Below, piece by piece: positions 52,390 through 62,191 of a stretch of 64,000 nucleotides of DNA. This stretch comes from Candidatus Eutrophovita brisbanensis. Lineage in GTDB: Bacteria > Pseudomonadota > Gammaproteobacteria > Burkholderiales > Eutrophovitaceae. Where the stretch lies: assembly GCA_038147395.1 (NCBI GenBank), contig JAYQTM010000001.1:6287-70286 (forward strand). The letters are read 5' to 3'. Every line of letters starts with the position of its first letter. Positions within the stretch are counted from its first letter, which is position 1. A program made the position numbers and the translations under genes. Below the pieces are notes generated by a model. It saw nothing but the letters and a program-made list of their open reading frames with translations. It did not search any database and was not told where the DNA came from.

Positions 52390-52578
52390 ATGAGCGACAG
52401 TGATCAAGGCCCTTTCAAAACATACATGTGCTTAATATGCGGATTCATCTATGACGAGGAAGCTGGGCTTCCAGATGAGGGTATCGAGCCAGGAACGAGA
52501 TGGGATGATGTCCCGGTGAATTGGATATGCCCCGAATGCGATGCGCGTAAAGATGACTTTGAATTAGTTGAAATTTGA
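52390..52578 (+). CDS. Rubredoxin
   Basis: [30 protein letters not shown]; ATG at 52390. Confidence 0.95.
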   Translation: MSDSDQGPFKTYMCLICGFIYDEEAGLPDEGIEPGTRWDDVPVNWICPECDARKDDFELVEI

Positions 52579-52588
52579 GGGTGACGAT

Positions 52589-52972
52589 ATGAGAATGCTC
52601 CACACCATGATCAGAGTAGGAGACCTAGATAAATCGATCGATTTCTACACGAAAGTGCTCGGAATGAAGCTCCTTCGTAAGGTCGATTATCCCGGCGGAA
52701 GATTTACTAACGCTTTTGTCGGTTATGGACCAGAATCCGACACCGCTGTTTTAGAGCTCACTCATAACTGGGACACTCAATCTTATGACCTAGGTAATGG
52801 TTACGGTCACGTAGCGCTTGGTGTAAAAGATGCAAAAGCCGCGTGTGACAAGGTCTCATCGCTCGGGGGAAAGGTGACGAGAGAGGCTGGACCGATGAAA
52901 CATGGCACAACAGTCATCGCGTTTGTCGAGGACCCCGACGGTTATAAAATCGAACTCATCGAAAGAGATTAA
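52589..52972 (+). CDS. gloA: Lactoylglutathione lyase (glyoxalase I)
   Basis: [41 protein letters not shown]. Confidence 0.96.
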   Translation: MRMLHTMIRVGDLDKSIDFYTKVLGMKLLRKVDYPGGRFTNAFVGYGPESDTAVLELTHNWDTQSYDLGNGYGHVALGVKDAKAACDKVSSLGGKVTREAGPMKHGTTVIAFVEDPDGYKIELIERD

Positions 52973-53733
52973 TGCGCCCCTGAAAGCGTATTGGTCAACC
53001 GAACAAAGTCGCTGACCGATAATCGCTCCGCCCGCGAGATAGGATCTATCGCAGCCTCCTCAAACTGAGCTTCACTGACAAGTCCCTTCAACGCATTTCT
53101 AAGTGTTTTACGTCGCTTTGAAAATGCGGCGAATACGAGCCTTTTAAACGCCTCTTGATCAACACTCTCGACATTCACTCTAGGTACGAGACGAATGACT
53201 GAGGACCAAACCTTTGGCTGAGGGTCGAAGGCCTCTGGCGGGACATCAAATAACTTTTCAATATCCCATTTAAGCTGCATCGTGACTGTCAGCTTGCCGT
53301 AGTCAGACGTTCCTGGCGTCGCGGTAAGCCGATCGCACACCTCTCGTTGCAACATCAAAGTTGCGTTCAAAATATAGTCACTGTAGCGATCAATGTGAAA
53401 GAGGATGGGCGTGCTGATGTGATATGGAAGATTTCCGATTAGTTTGTGAGGCTTTGATAAAAGCTTCAAGTCATAATCTAAAAAATCCCCTTCAATCAGC
53501 GATAACTGCGTCCCCGAAAAATGCGCACGCAAGTACGATATCGCATCTTTGTCAATCTCTATGGCCGTGACGTGGGCTGTAGTACGCAGCAGTGACTGAG
53601 TTAAGGCACCGTAGCCAGGGCCTACCTCAACGACACGGCTATTGTCAGTGATATCACAACTGGCGACGATATCCTCTATGACGCCACTGTCTTGAAGAAA
53701 ATTTTGACTAAATTTCTTTTTAGCCTTTGGCAC
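52969..53733 (-). CDS. rsmA: 16S rRNA m6,2A dimethyltransferase KsgA
   Basis: [48 protein letters not shown]. Confidence 0.96.
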   Translation of the reverse strand: MPKAKKKFSQNFLQDSGVIEDIVASCDITDNSRVVEVGPGYGALTQSLLRTTAHVTAIEIDKDAISYLRAHFSGTQLSLIEGDFLDYDLKLLSKPHKLIGNLPYHISTPILFHIDRYSDYILNATLMLQREVCDRLTATPGTSDYGKLTVTMQLKWDIEKLFDVPPEAFDPQPKVWSSVIRLVPRVNVESVDQEAFKRLVFAAFSKRRKTLRNALKGLVSEAQFEEAAIDPISRAERLSVSDFVRLTNTLSGAH

Positions 53734-53746
53734 GAATGTTTAATGA

Positions 53747-55027
53747 TTAGTTAACGTACTTGATGTATGTCGTGTCTTTGACCTCTTGAACCCACTCTTG
53801 AAATCGAAATTCTAGTTTTTTCTGTCTTATAGACTGTCGCGCTACCGCCTCCCGTCGCTCTTCAGAAACATCAGCATCTCGGCGTTCCATGACCTCGATC
53901 AAGTGATAACCAAATTGAGTCCGAACGGGCTCACTCAGCTCACCGATTTTAAGGTTATTCATCGCACGATCAAATGGCTCAACCGTCTCCCCCGGCATCA
54001 TCCAGTTAAGCAATCCGCCATTGCTGGCGCTGCCATCATCCGACGATGACTTAGCCAGCTCTGAAAAATCTGCCCCGTCAAATAAAATCTGATTACGAAT
54101 ATTGGTGATCTCTCGCAGCGCATCTTCGTCGGAGGAAAGTTCATCAACACGAATCAATATGTGACGAGCCAATGTTTCCTGGACGATGACTTGCGCATTC
54201 AGTCCTCGCTTATCGAACAGAAAAAGAATATGAAAACCATTGGGACTTTGTAACACATCACTTCTACCTCCAACCCGCATCTCCTTCACCGCATCCACAA
54301 ACAACCCGGTAAAGTTGTCGCATCTCGCCAGCCCAGCAATCCCTCCGTCAAGCGCGTCTGTCGCATCCGACATTTCTGCCGCCACCTGCCTAAAATCCAT
54401 TCCACTGTCGACCCGATTAACCGCATCCTCTGCTCTTTGGCGAGCTGCGTCCACCTCATTTTGGCCAGCACCCTCCGGTATCTGAATCAAAATATGCGCA
54501 AGCAAGGACTCGTCACTGGTGCCCTCAGTTTGGCTTTGTTTTTTTAAAAAAGATTTCACCTCGGCGTCGCTAACCACGATATTTGACTCTAAATCACGCT
54601 GCCTTAACTTCAGGATTTTCGACTGAGATATGATTTGGTTACGTAACTCTGAAACGCTGCCGCCAGACTCTCTTAGTTTGTCTAGGTATTCAGCTACTTC
54701 CATGCCATTTTGACGAGCAATAGACTGAAATCCTCGCCTCACTTCATCATCCGTAACGCGAATCCCAGTCCGATCAGCCAAAGCCCCTAAGGCCTTCAGC
54801 GTGATTAAACGCTCCAACACTTGTTGCCTTATATTCAATCGGTCAGGAACCGGTTGACCTTGCGCCTGAAAATTATTGACTGTCCTCGTGATCTCCAGAT
54901 CAAGCTCCTGAGCAGTGATGACGTCCCGCCCAACAATTGCAACCACCCCATCAATTGGCACCGTCGCTGCCAACGACACATTCACACCAAAAAAAAGCAC
55001 ACAGACAAATCGGATAATTGATCTCAC
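53747..55027 (-). CDS. surA: Periplasmic chaperone/PPIase SurA
   Basis: Likely GTG start at 55027 with AGGAG upstream; DGVVAIV, two parvulin domains (LAHILI, ARHILI, GGLLNW, FGYHLIEV). Confidence 0.92.
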   Translation of the reverse strand: MRSIIRFVCVLFFGVNVSLAATVPIDGVVAIVGRDVITAQELDLEITRTVNNFQAQGQPVPDRLNIRQQVLERLITLKALGALADRTGIRVTDDEVRRGFQSIARQNGMEVAEYLDKLRESGGSVSELRNQIISQSKILKLRQRDLESNIVVSDAEVKSFLKKQSQTEGTSDESLLAHILIQIPEGAGQNEVDAARQRAEDAVNRVDSGMDFRQVAAEMSDATDALDGGIAGLARCDNFTGLFVDAVKEMRVGGRSDVLQSPNGFHILFLFDKRGLNAQVIVQETLARHILIRVDELSSDEDALREITNIRNQILFDGADFSELAKSSSDDGSASNGGLLNWMMPGETVEPFDRAMNNLKIGELSEPVRTQFGYHLIEVMERRDADVSEERREAVARQSIRQKKLEFRFQEWVQEVKDTTYIKYVN

Positions 55028-55055
55028 AAAAACTAATCTCCTACCTGCAAAAAAT

Positions 55056-57317
55056 TTAATTCGAGCTGTAGCCAGGAATACTCCGTCGTAACTCTCCAAT
55101 CGCATTACTGCCAATGTTCGTAACGCCTTGGAGCTCCAGCTGAACAAAGAAACCCGTCGTGTATAAATCTTTACCAAGCGCATCTTGACCACTGAGGAAC
55201 CGATTGGCCACAAATCGAAACGCCCAACAACCAACTTTGTACTCCAAACCACCGACTCCTTCCAGTAGCTTGCTGGAGTCGCGCGAATAATTCCATCTTC
55301 CCGCAACACCCCAACGGCCCTTGATCGGCCACTGTCCAGAGATATCGTATTGCTCGTGATTATCTCGCGAATACCGATAAAGCATATTCAATACTTTCCC
55401 AGACTCGGGCGCATACTGTAATCGCTGCTCCTGACGAACAACTTCATCCAAAATGGCACTGTACTGCATTAGTGATGATGCATTCACTCTGTCGGTTATT
55501 TTGCCGCCAGCCTCGAGCAGAATGTCTGAGCGATTTGCCGTCCTCGGAGCGTCAGTAGAGTTGATCACCACCAATTCCTCATCGAGGTGGAACCGTTGAG
55601 CGACTGTCAATTTAAAACGCTCAGCCCCAGAATTAAGATCGAGAAACTTGCTCGATACACCAACAGTCAATTGATCTGCGTCGTTAATGCGGTCACCACC
55701 ACTAAAAATATTTTCAGAAAAAATCTGCGACATGCTGAAGTCGGCGAGACCAGAGTCGAAAATCGGCAGATGATTCTGCCGCTCAAAAGGCACATGTACA
55801 TATGAGAAAGTTGGCTCTAGTGTTTGAGTGTACCCCGTTCCGGCCAACATCCCTTCTCTTTCAAAAGCAATGGAACCGCGAACGGAATAAATCGGTAACG
55901 AACGGTCCTCGGTCCTACCCTCCGGTCGACCACGATCTAACTCGTAGTTCGTGTAGTGGAACCCTACCTTGGGGCTCAAGCTAAGAAAATCATTCTCATA
56001 TGTGTATCTGACTCCGGGATAAATGATCGTACGTGTCCCACCATCTTTGATCCCCTGAGTATTCTGATGATCAAAATCGCTCACTTGTATTTTCGAGTCA
56101 GACTCAAAACCAAGCCCCAACGACGGCGATATCCCGATATCGATTTGTGGATCTAGTTGAAAAGGTGGGTTTTCAAAATTAAGCGTTTGATAGTGCACAA
56201 CACGCGAGTTGATATACCAGTCATTTCCAGCACTATTAACACCAACCGTACGTGGTAAATGAAGCAGTGCCGTTTCCCCAGAATTATTACTGAGATCCTT
56301 CAGATAACTATCGTCCGAAATGCCACGAAAATTAATATATCCAGCCGCATAAGAGCCTAACCGTTGGTAATGATCAAAAATATAGCTCGATCTAGAACTA
56401 TCTATGCCAAATTGATCTTGAAATACCTTGTCACTCTCTATCCGATCAAATTTGAAATTACCGTTAAAAGTTTTACCCAGGTATCGCCAGTCTGTTTTCA
56501 ACAGATTTCCACGAGATGACATGGTTCGCATCGTCGCAGTACCATCAAAATTAGGCGCCAGATTCAAGTAGAGAGGAACACTCACTTCAAAGCCATTTTG
56601 AACACTCTGACCATACGATGGAGTTAAAAATCCAGTCTTCCTTTTGTCGCTCAAAGGAACGGATAAATAAGGAGAATAAAGAACGGGAGCCCCTTTGAAC
56701 CACACGGCAACATTTCTCGCTGTGGCAACCTCTTTGTCCTCGTAAATATCGAGTCGACTGGTTTTAAGATAAACGTCCTCTTTGTCAACATCACATGATG
56801 TGTACGTCGCGTTTTGCGCGCGCTTTCGGTCAGGGCCCAAAAAGATCAATTTATCAGCGACACCGTGGGCACGCTCACCCAAAAAGTACTCAGCCCGGTC
56901 AATTTCTCCAGTTTCTAATCGGGTTCTGTAGCGCAATGTGTCGCCATTGACACGCACTCCGGGCTTAGTGATCTTTACCCGACCGCTCGCAGTTACCTCT
57001 TCATTCGATATGTCGTAGTACAGATAATCCGACTGTATCGTTTGATCTCCTTGCTTAACTGATACATTGCCTGAAGCATCGAGATATTGCCCCCTGACAC
57101 CCGTCATTTGATCAGCCTCAACGATCGTAACATCTTGGTTAAACGTGACACCCACATCATGCATTTGATCGGATGTGTCCCGGCCAGAACCGTTTGTCAT
57201 GGGCCAGTTTTCGTCAGCCACTTGGCCTAAAGCGACTCTTGGACCAACCGCGAATACCGACACCACGAAGGCGAGAACCCACAAGTTCGTATAATTGTTG
57301 GAGTAATTAAAAAACAC
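55056..57317 (-). CDS. lptD: LPS-assembly outer-membrane protein LptD (start uncertain)
   Basis: OstA-like N-terminal domain, YTSC, RKTGFL.P, YLNLAPNFD, QTLEP, FSGGDRINDADQLT, EYKVGCW, FFVQLEL.G. Confidence 0.93.
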   Translation of the reverse strand: MFFNYSNNYTNLWVLAFVVSVFAVGPRVALGQVADENWPMTNGSGRDTSDQMHDVGVTFNQDVTIVEADQMTGVRGQYLDASGNVSVKQGDQTIQSDYLYYDISNEEVTASGRVKITKPGVRVNGDTLRYRTRLETGEIDRAEYFLGERAHGVADKLIFLGPDRKRAQNATYTSCDVDKEDVYLKTSRLDIYEDKEVATARNVAVWFKGAPVLYSPYLSVPLSDKRKTGFLTPSYGQSVQNGFEVSVPLYLNLAPNFDGTATMRTMSSRGNLLKTDWRYLGKTFNGNFKFDRIESDKVFQDQFGIDSSRSSYIFDHYQRLGSYAAGYINFRGISDDSYLKDLSNNSGETALLHLPRTVGVNSAGNDWYINSRVVHYQTLNFENPPFQLDPQIDIGISPSLGLGFESDSKIQVSDFDHQNTQGIKDGGTRTIIYPGVRYTYENDFLSLSPKVGFHYTNYELDRGRPEGRTEDRSLPIYSVRGSIAFEREGMLAGTGYTQTLEPTFSYVHVPFERQNHLPIFDSGLADFSMSQIFSENIFSGGDRINDADQLTVGVSSKFLDLNSGAERFKLTVAQRFHLDEELVVINSTDAPRTANRSDILLEAGGKITDRVNASSLMQYSAILDEVVRQEQRLQYAPESGKVLNMLYRYSRDNHEQYDISGQWPIKGRWGVAGRWNYSRDSSKLLEGVGGLEYKVGCWAFRFVANRFLSGQDALGKDLYTTGFFVQLELQGVTNIGSNAIGELRRSIPGYSSN

Positions 57318-57333
57318 AACGTGTTGATCTAGT

Positions 57334-58359
57334 ATGAGTGTGAGTTCTAAAAGCGATAAGTATCTAAACGAGCGTTTCGACCAACTTAACAAATGGCTCG
57401 GCCAAGTTCTAGGTGGAGATTTTAACCTAACCGACCTGGCCGCAGATGCGGGCGCAAGAAGATACCTACGACTCCATCAAAACGATAAGCCGTCTCTCGT
57501 CGTGATGGACGCACCACCTCAATGGAATGACGTACAACAATTTTGCGACATCGCTAAGCTGCTACATCAACACGAACTTCATGTTCCTCGGATATTGCAT
57601 CAGAATCTTGAAAAAGGGTTTCTATTGCTCAATGACCTCGGTGACGACACGTATCTCAAGATACTGAACCAGCAAAACGCGAACGTTCTTTTTGATCAAG
57701 CAACCACAGCTTTAGTTACCATGCAACGACAAGTCCCTGTCGACAATTTATTGGTCTATGGCGAGTCATCAATGCGGTCCGAACTCGAATTGTTTGAGAA
57801 CTGGTATTTGAGCCAACATTTAGAACTTCACTTAGCTGAATCGATGAACAAGTCTCTCAAAGCGACTCTCGATTCAATCTGTCACAGATGTGCCAGCCAA
57901 CCAACCGTGTTCACACATCGTGATTACATGCCAAGAAACCTAATGGTATGCGACCCTACGCCTGGAATACTGGACTTCCAGGACGCTCAGAGCGGCCCCA
58001 TCACTTATGACATCATCTCTCTGTTTAAGGATGCATTCCTCAGCTGGGAAGAAGAACAGGTGCTAGATTGGTCAATCCGATATTGGGAAAAAGCACGATC
58101 GGCAAAACTGCCCGTGAGAGACGATTTTGGCGTGTTTTTCGAAGAAATGGAATGGATGGGACTACAAAGACACCTGAAGGTATTAGGTGTCTTTTCTCGA
58201 CTGAAATATCGCGACCAAAAGCCACACTACTTAGAGGATGAATCACGTTTTCTCGGATACATCAGAGCAACGGCGAATCGTTACGACGCACTGGCCCCTT
58301 TGTTACACGTACTCGACTTAATTGAGGGAGTCGAGCGAAAAACACAACACACATTTTGA
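57334..58359 (+). CDS. amgK: Anomeric MurNAc/GlcNAc kinase (aminoglycoside phosphotransferase family)
   Basis: ADAGARRYLR, VMDAPP, DLGD, HRDYMPRNLM, ILDFQDA, GLQRHLKVLGVFSRL; divergent from lptD and followed by murU. Confidence 0.9.
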   Translation: MSVSSKSDKYLNERFDQLNKWLGQVLGGDFNLTDLAADAGARRYLRLHQNDKPSLVVMDAPPQWNDVQQFCDIAKLLHQHELHVPRILHQNLEKGFLLLNDLGDDTYLKILNQQNANVLFDQATTALVTMQRQVPVDNLLVYGESSMRSELELFENWYLSQHLELHLAESMNKSLKATLDSICHRCASQPTVFTHRDYMPRNLMVCDPTPGILDFQDAQSGPITYDIISLFKDAFLSWEEEQVLDWSIRYWEKARSAKLPVRDDFGVFFEEMEWMGLQRHLKVLGVFSRLKYRDQKPHYLEDESRFLGYIRATANRYDALAPLLHVLDLIEGVERKTQHTF

Positions 58360-58362
58360 TCG

Positions 58363-59067
58363 ATGCGACTTGAGCAACCCAAAACAGCCATGATCCTTGC
58401 CGCCGGTCGTGGGACTCGACTTGGAGCGCTGGGGCGCAAAAAAGCGAAATCTTTATTGGAGCTCGATGGTAAACCGCTGATCCAACACCACATAGAAAAG
58501 TTAAGGGGCGCTGGGTTTGAAAAAATTGTCATCAACGTCTCTCACCTGGCGGAACAAATCAAGGAGTTTTTGTCATCTACCGAAGACTGGAAAATAGAAC
58601 TCTCGTTCTCGGAAGAACCTGAACCGTTAGAAACAGCAGGCGGCATTGCATTCGCATTAGACCAAATTGATTCGGATATTTTTCCCGTGATTAACGCTGA
58701 CGTCTTCACAACATTCGAGTATGAGTTATTCAATGCTGTCATTAGGCAACTAAACGACAAAAAAACTCTATCTAGTTTTTTGTACCTCGTCCCTAATCCC
58801 ACTCATCATCCGAACGGAGACTTTGCTCTTGATCGTGATGCAGTAACACTTACCGGTACTGACAAAAAAACCTTCAGTGGACTCGGAGTCTATCGCCGCG
58901 CCTTATTCGAAAATTTGAAGCGGGGCGATTCATATCCATTAGCACCGATACTGCACACCGAGATCGCAGCCGGCCGAACTGCTGGTGCACAATTAAAGGG
59001 TTTTTGGTCCGACGTTGGCACGCTTGACCGTTACCGACGGGCCGAGGAATTTCTCTCCAATCAATAA
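58363..59067 (+). CDS. murU: N-acetylmuramate alpha-1-phosphate uridylyltransferase
   Basis: AMILAAGRGTRL, LETAGGI, NPTHHPNGDF, TFSGLGVY, WSDVGT. Confidence 0.9.
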   Translation: MRLEQPKTAMILAAGRGTRLGALGRKKAKSLLELDGKPLIQHHIEKLRGAGFEKIVINVSHLAEQIKEFLSSTEDWKIELSFSEEPEPLETAGGIAFALDQIDSDIFPVINADVFTTFEYELFNAVIRQLNDKKTLSSFLYLVPNPTHHPNGDFALDRDAVTLTGTDKKTFSGLGVYRRALFENLKRGDSYPLAPILHTEIAAGRTAGAQLKGFWSDVGTLDRYRRAEEFLSNQ

Positions 59068-59070
59068 TCC

Positions 59071-59694
59071 ATGTATACCCCGGATCACTTCTCGTGCGAA
59101 GACAAAGAGACCGCTTTTAGGTTAATCGAAGCATTTCCATTATCAACGGTCATTTGCCAAGGCAATAATCGACCCGAGATAGCAGTTGCTCCCGTGCATT
59201 TGCTGACAGACAGCATGGAATTACACGGACATTTCGCAAAAAATAATCCCATTGTTAATGTGCTCGATGGTGCCGAAACAACATTTATGTTTTATGGGCC
59301 ACAAGCATTCATATCACCCTCTTGGTACGAAACGAAGCCACATTTGCCGACGTGGAACTATGCGATCATCACTCTAAATACAATCACCACCATCACACCG
59401 CATCCAGACCAAAATTTAGCGTCGGCATCAAAAATGACCGAGTACTTTGAAGATGACAATGCAACAAGCTACATAAACGACTCGGACTATCAATCTTTGA
59501 TCGAACGCGCATCCACTGGAATCGTCTCGTTTCGCGCTAAAATTCGAAGTATCAATACGAAGCTAAAGTTATCGCAAAATAAATCCGTTACGGAACGGCG
59601 TTTAATTATCAAGCATTTGCGTGACATCGGAACATCTTCAGCCTCGCAAATGGCTGATCTCATGGAAACGGATATAGAGAAAAATACCCCATGA
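59071..59694 (+). CDS. PaiB-family FMN-binding split-barrel protein ('negative transcriptional regulator')
   Basis: MYTPDHF, LHGHFAKNNP, FYGPQAFISPSWY, LPTWNY, KLSQNKS. Confidence 0.85.
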   Translation: MYTPDHFSCEDKETAFRLIEAFPLSTVICQGNNRPEIAVAPVHLLTDSMELHGHFAKNNPIVNVLDGAETTFMFYGPQAFISPSWYETKPHLPTWNYAIITLNTITTITPHPDQNLASASKMTEYFEDDNATSYINDSDYQSLIERASTGIVSFRAKIRSINTKLKLSQNKSVTERRLIIKHLRDIGTSSASQMADLMETDIEKNTP

Positions 59695-60986
59695 AGGAAA
59701 TACTTCAACAACGACGACACAGATTAAGTCGACTCATTCAGTCTGGAGTCGCAATCATTCCAACTGCACCAGAAAAAATCCGCAATAAAGACGCGCACTA
59801 TCCGTATCGAGCAGACAGTTATTTCCACTACCTGACTGGATTCAATGAACCCGAAGCGATTGTCGTCATCTCCGGGCGAGAGGGCGGGAGATCAATCCTA
59901 TTTTGTCGGGAAAAAAATGAAGAACGAGAAATCTGGGACGGATTTCGATACGGGCCAGAAGCTGCAAAAAGTGAATTCGGCTTTGACGAGGCTTATGCAA
60001 TCGAGTCCATCGATCAAATTCTTCCAGAACTTCTTGGAGATATTGACCAAATCTTCACTCCGATCGGTACCGGTAGTAGCTGGGATACACGTATATTCAA
60101 ATGGCTCAACACGACACGACAACGAACTCGAGAGGGCATCAACGCGCCGGACCGACTGGTTGATGTCCGGTCCATTCTTGATGAGATGCGGCTCATTAAG
60201 GACAGCGTCGAACAAGACACCATGCGAGAAGCGGCCTCCATCTCTTCTCAGGCCCACATCTTAGCAATGAGAATGACACAACCCGGCAAATTTGAGTATG
60301 AAATAGAAGCTGAGCTTCTTTATCACTTCAAAAAAAATGGGTCGCAATATCCTGCTTACACATCAATTGTTGCTGGCGGAAAAAATGCTTGTGTACTCCA
60401 CTATATCGAGAACAACAGTATCCTCAATGATGGCGAACTCTTACTGATTGATGCGGGTTGTGAGCTTGACGGGTATGCCTCTGACATCACGAGAACATTT
60501 CCGATTAACGGCAAGTTCACAGGCGCGCAAAAAGAATTGTATGACCTTGTGTTGGACGCACAGCTCGCTGCAATTGATCAGACTCGACCTGGGAATTCTT
60601 GGGATGCACCGCACGAAGCCGCAGTTCGAGTCCTCGCTCAAGGATTTATTGACCTCAAGTTGTGTCACGGCTCTCTTGACCAAGTTTTGGAAACACGTGA
60701 CTATTTTAAATTCTATATGCACCGCACAGGACATTGGCTTGGTAAAGATGTCCACGACGTCGGTAATTACAAAATTAACGGTGGTTGGCGTCAATTAGCT
60801 CCTGGAATGGTCCTCACAGTCGAACCCGGGTGCTACATACGAGAGTCAGAAGAAATCCCTAAAGAATTTTGGAATATCGGAATTCGCATTGAGGATGATG
60901 CACTCGTCACAGAAACCGGCTGCGAAATCATTACAGCAGACACACCAAAGAGTGTGAACGACATTGAGGCACTAATGGCGGCGTAA
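59691..60986 (+). CDS. pepP: Xaa-Pro aminopeptidase
   Basis: RNKDAHYPYRADSYFHYLTGF.EP, LHY, LIDAG, YASDITRT, HRTGHWLG.DVHD, TVEPG, GIRIEDD. Confidence 0.95.
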   Translation: MKEILQQRRHRLSRLIQSGVAIIPTAPEKIRNKDAHYPYRADSYFHYLTGFNEPEAIVVISGREGGRSILFCREKNEEREIWDGFRYGPEAAKSEFGFDEAYAIESIDQILPELLGDIDQIFTPIGTGSSWDTRIFKWLNTTRQRTREGINAPDRLVDVRSILDEMRLIKDSVEQDTMREAASISSQAHILAMRMTQPGKFEYEIEAELLYHFKKNGSQYPAYTSIVAGGKNACVLHYIENNSILNDGELLLIDAGCELDGYASDITRTFPINGKFTGAQKELYDLVLDAQLAAIDQTRPGNSWDAPHEAAVRVLAQGFIDLKLCHGSLDQVLETRDYFKFYMHRTGHWLGKDVHDVGNYKINGGWRQLAPGMVLTVEPGCYIRESEEIPKEFWNIGIRIEDDALVTETGCEIITADTPKSVNDIEALMAA

Positions 60987-60990
60987 GATT

Positions 60991-62157
60991 GTGGCGGACG
61001 CGGATAAAGAAATAATCATTATTGGTGGCGGCCCTGTCGGTTGTGTCGCGGCGCTGGCACTCGAGCGCGAAGGGTTTTATCCGACCATTATCGAGGCACA
61101 ATCCAGAAATGATTTCGCGCCTGAGGGACGCACCCTAGCGTTATCTTGGAATAGTTACCTCATACTCAACCAATTAGACTGCTGGCCAGAGGAACTTGAA
61201 ACGTATCCGATTCAAAAAATTGATATTTCAGACAAAGGAAATTTCGGGAGTGCCTCAGTTCGAGCTGAGGAAATTCAAGTGCCTAGCCTTGGTTTTGCCG
61301 TCAGATTTAGGGATCTTCTCGACGTATTACGCAGTAAAGTCGACGCCAGTTCGGTACGCATCAATTACGATAGCACCGCAACCTCAATTCAACGATTATC
61401 AGATGGCGTGAAAATCTCTTTACAAAGTAACGGACAATCACAACAGCAGCACGTCCGTTTGGTCATCATGGCTGATGGCGGCCGCTCCCTTGACATTGCT
61501 GGGCTGAGTCTCAAAAAAACCATTGATCGAGATCACGATGCCATCGTGGGTCTAGTTACGGCGAGTGCCCAACCCACTGATATTGCCTATGAGCGTTTTA
61601 CGAGTTCCGGGCCTATCGCACTCCTGCCCCGCGGAAATAAATATTCCTTTGTATGGTCCGTCCCACGGAATTCAAGCGATAAATTGTTACGCCTAAGTGA
61701 TGATGCGTTTCTAAAAGAATTCCAAACGACTTTTGGTCGCAGGTGCGGACAATTTCAACACGTCGAAGCAAGGATGTCTTACCCTCTAAGTACACGTATC
61801 GCAGAGCAGCCCAGAGGCGGCGGAATTATCTCGATTGGGAACGCATCCCAAGCGCTTCACCCTGTTGCAGCCCAAGGTCTTAATCTTGGCCTGAGAGATG
61901 CCTGGGAACTGGGACAATTTTGCGCGGAAACCTCACCAGAGTTACTACCCACGTCATCATTCACAAAAAACTTCATCAAAAAACGTCGTGTTGATCGATT
62001 TACAACAACGACACTGAGCACAGCACTCGATCATCTATTTTCAAATAAGCTCTTCGGACTATCTGGGCCTCGCGGACTAGGCCTTCTGGGTCTTGATATC
62101 ATTTCGCCATTAAAAAAGCGGATATTTCGCAAATTCATTTTCGGTGCTCGGGGTTAG
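60991..62157 (+). CDS. ubiH: UbiH-family FAD-dependent monooxygenase (ubiquinone biosynthesis)
   Basis: IGGGPVG, MADGG, AYERFT..GPIALLP, IGNASQALHPVAAQGLNLGLRD; follows pepP. Confidence 0.85.
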   Translation: MADADKEIIIIGGGPVGCVAALALEREGFYPTIIEAQSRNDFAPEGRTLALSWNSYLILNQLDCWPEELETYPIQKIDISDKGNFGSASVRAEEIQVPSLGFAVRFRDLLDVLRSKVDASSVRINYDSTATSIQRLSDGVKISLQSNGQSQQQHVRLVIMADGGRSLDIAGLSLKKTIDRDHDAIVGLVTASAQPTDIAYERFTSSGPIALLPRGNKYSFVWSVPRNSSDKLLRLSDDAFLKEFQTTFGRRCGQFQHVEARMSYPLSTRIAEQPRGGGIISIGNASQALHPVAAQGLNLGLRDAWELGQFCAETSPELLPTSSFTKNFIKKRRVDRFTTTTLSTALDHLFSNKLFGLSGPRGLGLLGLDIISPLKKRIFRKFIFGARG

Positions 62158-62191
62158 ATCGAGTCCTCGACAAATAATCGATGAATGCTCA

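Noticed and set aside
55028-55309. 94-aa N-terminal extension of SurA overlapping lptD
   Set aside because: A GTG with AGGAG and a signal peptide at 55027 gives a normal-length SurA; the extension is an ORF-caller artefact.
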